DNA of 24,000 bases from positions 4,747,176 through 4,771,175 of the forward strand of contig NZ_CP064923.1 in NCBI RefSeq assembly GCF_018336915.1. Direction: 5' to 3'. Position numbers and translations under genes: made by a program. A model generated the notes under the pieces. That model saw only the letters and a program-made list of their open reading frames with translations. It searched no databases and was not told where the DNA came from. Origin of the DNA: Acaryochloris marina S15 (GTDB lineage Bacteria; Cyanobacteriota; Cyanobacteriia; Thermosynechococcales; Thermosynechococcaceae). The stretch's first letter is position 1. Each line of letters starts with the position of its first letter. Below are positions 17,799-24,000 of the stretch, piece after piece.

Positions 17799-19589
17799 AT
17801 GACTGAAGTCCTCGATTCAATTGCTCAAGTCAATACACTTGCCTCGACGAGGCTTCGGTATGAAGTGGCGATGCCTGATCCGGCATCTCATCTCTTTGAG
17901 ATCACACTTCATTGCTCGGTAGGGACTGACCACACCTTAGATTTAAAGTTGCCTGTCTGGACCCCAGGCTCATACCTAGTTCGGGAATATGCGAAACATC
18001 TACAAGATTTCTCGGCAGTAGATGATCAAGAAGCCCCTGTAAGCTGGCAAAAAATCAGCAAGAATCATTGGCAGATCCAATCACCAGAAGCCGATACAGT
18101 CAAAATTCACTACCGTATCTTTGCCCATGAATTGACGGTCCGCACCAATCATTTGGATGCTAGCCATGGCTACTTCAATCCAGGGGCCATGTTTTTCTAT
18201 GTCCCAGGGAGAGAACAAGATGCGATCGCAATCACGATTCATCCTCCAGATCCCACCTGGCAAGTCACAACTGCACTAGACCCATTACCAGACCAGCCGC
18301 TCACCTTCCTAGCCAAAAACTTTGATACCCTGGTCGATAGCCCATTTGAGATTGGTAGCCATCACATCTATGACTTTGAGGTGCTAGAGAAGCCTCATCA
18401 GCTAGCGATTTGGGGAGCCGGAAACTACGACGCAGACCAAATCATAGCGGATACGAAAAAAATCATTGAAGTCGAAGCCAAGCTTTTTGGCGGATTACCC
18501 TATGATCGATATTTTTTCCTCCTCCATGTTTCAGCCAAAGGGTACGGGGGGCTAGAACATCACAACTGCTGCTCATTACTCTATTCCCGGTTCGGGTTTC
18601 GTAAACCTGACTCCTATAACCGCTTTATGGGACTGGTTGCCCATGAGTTTTTTCATCTTTGGAATGTCAAGCGGCTTCGCCCTCAAGCCCTACATCCCTT
18701 CGACTATGACCAGGAAAACTATACGGATGCCCTTTGGTTTTGTGAGGGCGTAACCAGTTTCTATGATCTGATTCTTCCGTATCGAGCCGGTATTTATGAC
18801 GCTCAGTTCTATCTAAAACTGCTGTCAGAATCCATTACACGCCTCCAATCCATTCCAGGACGGCACACCCAGTCCTTAACAGAGTCTAGTTTTGACACTT
18901 GGATTAAACTCTATCGTCCCCATGCCAACTCTCGGAACTGTCAGGTTTCTTATTACCTTAAGGGCGAGATTGTCTCTCTCCTCCTTGACTTACAGATTCG
19001 CCAACAGCATCAGAACCAACGGTCTTTAGATGACGTGATGCTCCATCTTTGGCAAACCTATGGCCAGAAAGATTTAGGCTATTCCCGAGAGCAGATCCTT
19101 GAAGGGATTGAGTCCATTGCAGAGATGGACCTGACTCAGTTTTGGCAAAAGTATCTAGATGGGACCGTGGAATTACCCTATGAGGAATTCTTGAATCCAT
19201 TTGGATTGGAAGTGGTGGCTGATTTTGGAGAGTCCCCATTTCCTTATCATGGCCTAACCCTCAGCAGCCAATCCGGGAAAACCCTGATCAAATTTGTCGA
19301 TATTGCTTCACCAGCCCAAATGGCAGGGCTACAAGCGGGGGATGAACTATTGGCCTTAGATGGTTTTCGCGTCCAGGCTGATCAGTTAGAGCAACGCTTG
19401 CAAGACTATCAAAGGGGTGATGCAGTCTCCATCACCCTATTTCATGATGATCAGCTCACCACCCATCGTCTTACCTTAAGTGAACCTAGGCCCAAATCCT
19501 ATAGGGTCCAACCCATTACAACTCCCACCGATCAACAGAGAACAAATTTCCGTCAATGGCTGGGCATTGAGTTAGTAGAACTGACGTAA
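17799..19589 (+). CDS. M61 family metallopeptidase (glycyl aminopeptidase-like) with a C-terminal PDZ domain
   Basis: 596-aa ORF with zincin motif VAHEFFHLWNVKRLRP and downstream LWFCEGVTSFY. The PDZ-like segment is IASPAQMAGLQAGDELLALDGFRV. Confidence 0.88.
   Translation: MTEVLDSIAQVNTLASTRLRYEVAMPDPASHLFEITLHCSVGTDHTLDLKLPVWTPGSYLVREYAKHLQDFSAVDDQEAPVSWQKISKNHWQIQSPEADTVKIHYRIFAHELTVRTNHLDASHGYFNPGAMFFYVPGREQDAIAITIHPPDPTWQVTTALDPLPDQPLTFLAKNFDTLVDSPFEIGSHHIYDFEVLEKPHQLAIWGAGNYDADQIIADTKKIIEVEAKLFGGLPYDRYFFLLHVSAKGYGGLEHHNCCSLLYSRFGFRKPDSYNRFMGLVAHEFFHLWNVKRLRPQALHPFDYDQENYTDALWFCEGVTSFYDLILPYRAGIYDAQFYLKLLSESITRLQSIPGRHTQSLTESSFDTWIKLYRPHANSRNCQVSYYLKGEIVSLLLDLQIRQQHQNQRSLDDVMLHLWQTYGQKDLGYSREQILEGIESIAEMDLTQFWQKYLDGTVELPYEEFLNPFGLEVVADFGESPFPYHGLTLSSQSGKTLIKFVDIASPAQMAGLQAGDELLALDGFRVQADQLEQRLQDYQRGDAVSITLFHDDQLTTHRLTLSEPRPKSYRVQPITTPTDQQRTNFRQWLGIELVELT
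18222..18229. repeat. HIP1 octamer GCGATCGC
   Basis: Exact palindrome read in the sequence. Confidence 0.9.
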
Positions 19590-19671
19590 TTTTTGACCCA
19601 GAGTAAGGATGTTAAACCCCAAAAAAACTTGGGAATGCTAAAGACATATGAACGAAAACTTGCGTCTCCTG

Positions 19672-19712
19672 TACCCCTTTGTCGCTTGGTGTGGACTAAG
19701 GGGTATTTTATT
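19672..19712 (+). terminator. Probable rho-independent terminator of the M61 peptidase gene
   Basis: TACCCCTT (19672-19679) pairs with AAGGGGTA (19698-19705). The inner GTC/GAC adds 3 bp. The stem is followed by TTTTATT (19706-19712). It lies 83 nt after the stop codon. Confidence 0.55.
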
Positions 19713-19842
19713 GCCCGCAGACAATCTTTCACGGCATCTTCACCATTAGTTGCTAATTTAATTCCAGAGATAAGCAAACCCTTTAAACCTCACTAGCACG
19801 TAATAGGTTGTCATCACCATATGCGTGCATTCCAACAAACTC

Positions 19843-19870
19843 GCCCCCAGTCGGGGGCATTTTATTTGCT
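19843..19870 (+). terminator. Second plus-strand rho-independent terminator
   Basis: GCCCCC (19843-19848), loop AGTC, GGGGGC (19853-19858), followed by ATTTTATTTGCTTATTTTT. The tail is much weaker on the minus strand. Confidence 0.6.
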
Positions 19871-19960
19871 TATTTTTACTTACGCGGTGATACGAATCAC
19901 ACTTATCATTCCGTAATGACACTCAGGTAATTACTAAAACCAAAAAGTTAGGATGAAATT

Positions 19961-20001
19961 GCCTCAGGGGAACTCTTCGGAGTTATCACCCCCCCTGGGG
20001 C
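19961..20001 (-). terminator. Compound hairpin directly downstream of the Hsp70-like gene stop (terminator-like)
   Basis: The outer stem GCCTCAGGGG (19961-19970) pairs with CCCCTGGGGC (19992-20001) with one G-U pair. The inner stem is AACTC-TTCG-GAGTT (19971-19984). On the minus strand it is followed by AATTTCATCCTAACTTTTTGGTTTT. Confidence 0.4.
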
Positions 20002-20017
20002 ATTGGTATGTTTAGCC

Positions 20018-21616
20018 CTAGCTGAGTTGGGCTACAACCTGGTTTTTGAGCAATGTATCTTGGGTTAGCAGATCTTCGACACTGATGCGTAGGGTGCGTC
20101 GGTTATCTACCCAAAACAAAACCTTAATGCGATCGCTCCCTGGATACCCAGGCGGCATGAGCTGTGCAACCTTTCTGGAACCCTCTCGATCATTGAGAGG
20201 TTGAACCAGGGTCTGGGATTCAGACAATTGCCGAGTCACCAAGCGATCGCCATCGAAAAAGACTTCAGTCCCACTGTTGGTATTGCCCAATTCTCCTAGA
20301 ATCAGCTCAATGCTAGGTTGGGCATCGCTAGAAGCCCCCAGGGTCAGCTCGATAGGTTCTTCCATGGGATAGGGTAAACCCGCTGGGATAATGGGATGCC
20401 AACTATGGGTCTGTTGACGACGGTCCCAGTAGCGAACGCCATAGCTGTGATAGAGAAAATCTTTAACTTCTAAGCCCTGAGCCACCTGTAAAGCCCCTTG
20501 GGCAATCGCCTCAAAGGGACGGTTACTGCAAATGCGGCTGTCATCAAAATATTGCTGCACCCAGGTTTGGACGGCAGGGATCTGACTAGTTCCCCCCACC
20601 AATAGAACGGCTTTAATATCGTTAACCTCTAAACCTTGGCGGCGAGCTTGTTGCAAGACCTGGGTCATACTCTCATCCAGGCGATCAAAGAACTGATGCT
20701 CCTTGAGAATTTGCTCAAATTGCTCTCGGTCCAAGGCCAGCTCATAACTATCAAAGGTTTCTTCATTAAAGTAAACCTCTGTAGCTTTAGGCTGCAGTGA
20801 TAGTTGAATTTTGAGCCGCTCCGCTAATCGAGTCGTCAGAGGGGTTACGGCTAAGTTTTGCGTTTTAGCAAAGTGATCGACAAGCCAATTATCAATATCG
20901 GTTCCACCCAAATTCTGCCCAGCTTTAGCCAGGACACGGGCTGATTGCGGTCGTTGTTTTGAGGTATCCGCTAGATTCTTATCGCCCCATTTAAGAATGA
21001 AACCCAAGGGCTGGGTCTTTTGTTGAGACGTATTGATCTGAACCAGAGAAAGATCAAAGGTACCGCCCCCAAAGTCCACCACCAGCAGTACATCTTGATC
21101 AGCCTTGCCATAGCCTAACGCTGCCGCTGTCGGTTCATCAATCATGCGGACCTGCTCTACCTGCAGATCTTGGCAAACCTGCCCCAGCCAATGGCGATAG
21201 GTTTCAAAGCTATCCACTGGAACGGTTAGAACTAATGAGTCTTTGACGTCAGGATAGGTGGTTTGGAGCTGCTGGAGGATCGTTTGCAAAAACCAGCTTC
21301 CCACCTGCTCAAACTGAACCGTTTGGCCATCCAGTTCAGGCAAAAAACCCTGGACCTTGGAGCCAATCCCTCGTTTGAAGCTGCGGAAAAAGCGCGGATC
21401 GGTTTGGATATCCAGACCGCGATCTCGCACCTGCTGACCCACACAGACTTTGTTTTCCGCCGCCTGCTCCACATAAAGCAGACTGGGGATAAGGTCAGGA
21501 TTTTGGGCCGTCTGATAGCTCAAACTGGGTAGATTAATGATTTCAGATTGCTCTGTTACAGGGTTCCAACGAGCAATAACGGTATTACTGGTACCAAAAT
21601 CAATTGCGTAACTCAA
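20018..21616 (-). CDS. Atypical Hsp70-family (DnaK-like ATPase) protein with a short divergent C-terminal domain
   Basis: 532-aa ORF. Actin-fold/Hsp70 NBD motifs YAIDFGTSNT, IDEPTAAALGYG, VVDFGGGTFDLSLV and VLLVGGTSQIPAVQ. Only ~150 aa follow the NBD, and there is no canonical lid or EEVD. Apparent TTG start at 21616. Confidence 0.85.
   Translation of the reverse strand: MSYAIDFGTSNTVIARWNPVTEQSEIINLPSLSYQTAQNPDLIPSLLYVEQAAENKVCVGQQVRDRGLDIQTDPRFFRSFKRGIGSKVQGFLPELDGQTVQFEQVGSWFLQTILQQLQTTYPDVKDSLVLTVPVDSFETYRHWLGQVCQDLQVEQVRMIDEPTAAALGYGKADQDVLLVVDFGGGTFDLSLVQINTSQQKTQPLGFILKWGDKNLADTSKQRPQSARVLAKAGQNLGGTDIDNWLVDHFAKTQNLAVTPLTTRLAERLKIQLSLQPKATEVYFNEETFDSYELALDREQFEQILKEHQFFDRLDESMTQVLQQARRQGLEVNDIKAVLLVGGTSQIPAVQTWVQQYFDDSRICSNRPFEAIAQGALQVAQGLEVKDFLYHSYGVRYWDRRQQTHSWHPIIPAGLPYPMEEPIELTLGASSDAQPSIELILGELGNTNSGTEVFFDGDRLVTRQLSESQTLVQPLNDREGSRKVAQLMPPGYPGSDRIKVLFWVDNRRTLRISVEDLLTQDTLLKNQVVAQLS
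20129..20136. repeat. HIP1 octamer GCGATCGC
   Basis: Exact palindrome read in the sequence. Confidence 0.9.
20243..20250. repeat. HIP1 octamer GCGATCGC
   Basis: Exact palindrome read in the sequence. Confidence 0.9.
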
Positions 21617-21866
21617 GAGACTTACCGCTCACTGACACGAAATGGATAACGTTTGAGAAAACGCCTAATTAAGCATTCCAAGCCACAACAGCGAGGGGAA
21701 AGGTACACAAGCCTGAAGATGTGCCTTCCGAACTACTCATTGAGGCAATCCTCATTCAATTAGTATACAAAAGAGATCAGACAGCTCCAGATAGAGCTGA
21801 AGTCATCTCACCTGAATGAAGCCCACTGTTCTGAAAGATTTGTGAACCTTCGCGGTAGGCAATGCC

Positions 21867-22322
21867 ATGTATCCCCTATACCACTACTGCTTCAGCCTGA
21901 TGATTGGACTAGCCAGCCTGTCTCCTGCGGCGGCGATGTCTTTTGCGACCCATCCGATTGTGTTTCCCCCATCAGGCCATCATATTTTATGGATTACACA
22001 AGGGGTGATACAGGCAGAGCCCCAGTCAGTTCCCTTACCTGACTCGATTCAACAAGCGATTCTGCAAGATATTTCCCAACAAACGGGCGACGTCCCAGAG
22101 CGTTTTCAAATCATTCAAGCCCAAAAACAAACCTGGCCAGATGGTTGTTTAGGATTAGCCACTCCTGATGTGTTGTGCACAATGGCCCTAGTCGAGGGGT
22201 GGCAGGTGCAAGTTTCTAATGGATCGCAGACATGGACCTACCGTACCGATACCTTTGGAGATGTAGTGAAATTAGAACCTGACACCGCATCCGCCCCAAA
22301 AACTGGCCCCAAAAACCGTTAG
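21867..22322 (+). CDS. Hypothetical secreted protein with a conserved Cys pair
   Basis: 151-aa ORF. Signal-like N-terminus ...FSLMIGLASLSPAAA. C-terminal module TWPDGCLGLATPDVLCTMALVEGWQVQVSNGSQTWTYRTD resembles a module I recall from other cyanobacterial hypothetical proteins, not verified. The start could be the internal Met of MIGLASL. Confidence 0.55.
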   Translation: MYPLYHYCFSLMIGLASLSPAAAMSFATHPIVFPPSGHHILWITQGVIQAEPQSVPLPDSIQQAILQDISQQTGDVPERFQIIQAQKQTWPDGCLGLATPDVLCTMALVEGWQVQVSNGSQTWTYRTDTFGDVVKLEPDTASAPKTGPKNR

Positions 22323-22442
22323 GACAACATCTAGCTTCTACTTTGCAGTCAAAGTGGGGGGATTCCTATCCAATCAATCGCAGCCTCTCCAAGGCTAATG
22401 AGCACAAGACGTTGAGGTGACCTTACCGTACTATGATGGCCT

Positions 22443-22466
22443 AAGCCTTCAAGCACAGGCTTTTTT
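22443..22466 (+). terminator. Short hairpin plus T-run abutting the epimerase start codon
   Basis: AAGCCT (22443-22448), loop TCAAGCAC, AGGCTT (22457-22462), with the T-run continuing to 22466. The ATG of the next gene is at 22470. Confidence 0.45.
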
Positions 22467-22469
22467 GTC

Positions 22470-23432
22470 ATGAAGACGGTTTTAGTCACAGGGGCAACTG
22501 GATTTGTAGGCGGGCATCTATTGTCATGCTTAGAGGGGCATCCCTACAAACTGAGGCTAGCCCTGAGAAAGCCACCTAAATCACCACTCCTGCCCGGTGC
22601 AGACCTAATCCAAGTGGGAGATATCAATGCTTTAACGCACTGGCAAGAAGCTCTCATGGGTGTTGATATCGTGATTCATCTAGCGTCCCGCGCCCATATT
22701 CTCCAAGAAACGGTGGCCGATCCGATGGCTGCTTTTATGGAGGTGAATGTTGAGGGAACTCATACCCTAGTCCAGCAATCAATAAAGGCGGGAGTTCAAC
22801 ACTTTATCTTCATCAGTTCGATTGGAGCGATGACGACCTTGAGTAATGACGGTTTAACAGAAGAGTCACCCTGTCATCCTGACTCACCCTATGGCCGCAG
22901 CAAATGGCAGGCAGAGCAGGACTTGACGGCCCTTGCGCAACCCACCGAGATGCGGTGGACGATTTTGCGCCCGACATTGGTGTATGGTCCTCGCAATCCC
23001 GGCAATATGGAGCGATTGATCAAGCTAGTCGATCAGGGATTACCTTTACCCTTTGGCTTAATTAAAAATCGTCGAAGCCTAGTGTACGTAGGCAATCTAG
23101 TCGAGGCCATTGTGATCAGCCTGGACAATCCAAAAGCGTTTAATCAAACCTTTCTGATCAGTGATGGGCTTACGATATCCACGGCTGAACTCATTCGTGC
23201 CATTGCCCTGGCGTTGCATCGTCCAGCCCGATTGCTCCCCATTCCGCCGATATTGCTCAAACTCTTGGGCATACTAACCGGTAAAACTGATGCGGTCGAT
23301 CGTCTTTTGGGCTCATTGGCGGTTGATAGTGATAAGATTTTCCAGACTTTAGATTGGACACCCCCCTACTCTATGGAACAAGGCCTCCTCGAAACTGCAG
23401 AATGGTATGCTCATGGCGCTTCCGAAGCGTAA
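22470..23432 (+). CDS. NAD-dependent nucleotide-sugar epimerase/dehydratase (SDR family)
   Basis: 320-aa ORF. Rossmann motif VLVTGATGFVGGHL and catalytic YGRSKWQAE (YxxxK). Length and layout are typical of UDP-sugar 4-epimerase-like enzymes. Confidence 0.88.
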   Translation: MKTVLVTGATGFVGGHLLSCLEGHPYKLRLALRKPPKSPLLPGADLIQVGDINALTHWQEALMGVDIVIHLASRAHILQETVADPMAAFMEVNVEGTHTLVQQSIKAGVQHFIFISSIGAMTTLSNDGLTEESPCHPDSPYGRSKWQAEQDLTALAQPTEMRWTILRPTLVYGPRNPGNMERLIKLVDQGLPLPFGLIKNRRSLVYVGNLVEAIVISLDNPKAFNQTFLISDGLTISTAELIRAIALALHRPARLLPIPPILLKLLGILTGKTDAVDRLLGSLAVDSDKIFQTLDWTPPYSMEQGLLETAEWYAHGASEA

Positions 23433-23484
23433 TTCACACCAATCGTCCTCAATGATCAGCGCTCAAGGGATTCACTAAGGATTC

Positions 23485-24000
23485 ATGGTCTTTATTGTTA
23501 TTTGTTCTATAGTCAGCTGCATATTCAGCATCCTTGGGGTTTACGCCTTAACCAAAACCCTCAAGCAGATATTGATAGATATCCCCAATGAGCGTAGCTC
23601 CCATACTCAACCGACTCCTAGAGGAGGGGGGCTAGGATTTATTCTGGCTTTTGCCGTATCGGCCTACCTCAGCCAAACCTTATTCAATGATCCGCAGATT
23701 CCCTTTGCTTATCCCCTCTGGTTACCCTTGACCTTTTTAGTCGGGGTTGGCTGTATGGATGATTGGAAAAATTTGTCGTCGACGTTGAGATATGCGGTAC
23801 AGCTCTTAGTCGCCTGCATGATTGTCTGGCAGGGCAATGCCTTTCCCCAGCCGTGGTTAGAGTCGTTGGGAACTGTTGGTTTTTTGGTTGCGATCGCAAC
23901 CACAATCATCGGCCTGACCGCCTTGGTCAATTTCTATAATTTTATGGATGGCATGGATGGATTGGTCGGTGGGGTAAGCGCCGTCCAGTTAGGTTTTATG
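23485..24000 (+). CDS. Glycosyltransferase family 4 polyprenyl-phosphate sugar-1-phosphate transferase (WecA/WbpL/MraY-like), N-terminal 172 codons, truncated by the window end
   Basis: Not in the ORF track because it has no stop in the window. From the ATG at 23485: MVFIVICSIVSCIFSILGVYALTKTLKQILIDIPNERSSHTQPTPRGGGLGFIL...VNFYNFMDGMDGLVGG. The motifs PNxRSxHxxPTPRxGGL and NxxNFMDGxDGL are family hallmarks. AAGGA lies upstream. Confidence 0.85.
   Translation, partial: MVFIVICSIVSCIFSILGVYALTKTLKQILIDIPNERSSHTQPTPRGGGLGFILAFAVSAYLSQTLFNDPQIPFAYPLWLPLTFLVGVGCMDDWKNLSSTLRYAVQLLVACMIVWQGNAFPQPWLESLGTVGFLVAIATTIIGLTALVNFYNFMDGMDGLVGGVSAVQLGFM
23890..23897. repeat. HIP1 octamer GCGATCGC
   Basis: Exact palindrome read in the sequence (ttGCGATCGCaa). 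Confidence 0.9.

Noticed and set aside
19553-19796. 67-aa plus-strand and 74-aa minus-strand ORFs downstream of the M61 gene
   Set aside because: The plus-strand ORF starts at a TTG, spans a terminator hairpin and lacks a ribosome-binding site. The minus-strand ORF overlaps the 3' end of the peptidase gene. Neither has a recognisable motif.
17799-21616. M61 peptidase plus Hsp70-like ATPase as a two-gene protease/chaperone or defence-type system
   Set aside because: The genes are convergent, separated by ~430 bp, and each has its own terminator structures. Nothing in the sequence links them, and both are families found widely as stand-alone genes.
23684-23930. Two 73-aa minus-strand ORFs near the window end
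   Set aside because: The plus strand here encodes unmistakable GT4/WecA-family motifs (PNERSSHTQPTPRGGGLG, NFYNFMDGMDGL). The minus-strand ORFs are antisense artefacts.

Overview
This window looks like a conserved chromosomal segment of a cyanobacterium. Housekeeping and photosynthesis genes dominate: topA, ndhB, petH, chlP, panB, hisH, rsmD and an unlisted petG. The HIP1 octamer GCGATCGC occurs 11 times. I support about 21 protein-coding genes, two of them truncated at the window edges, plus several rho-independent terminator hairpins. I found no tRNA or rRNA genes, CRISPR arrays, transposases, integrases, or recognisable toxin or defence modules. I also see no convincing evidence for a novel multi-gene system. 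The items most worth a second look are: (1) a 36-codon petG with a GTG start, missed by the ORF track and hidden under a spurious 79-aa ORF; (2) a short ferredoxin-NADP reductase with no CpcD-like phycobilisome-linker domain; (3) a TonB-like protein whose TonB C-terminal-type domain is internal and followed by a ~165-aa Pro/Ala tail, with no ExbB/ExbD nearby; (4) an AT-richer stretch at ~15.35-17.8 kb carrying a lipoprotein blue-copper protein, an ICMT/DUF1295-like membrane enzyme and ~1 kb with no confident gene; (5) two tandem plus-strand terminators after the M61 peptidase gene that could bracket a small transcript. All family assignments come from motifs read by eye. No alignments or statistics were run beyond hand counts.
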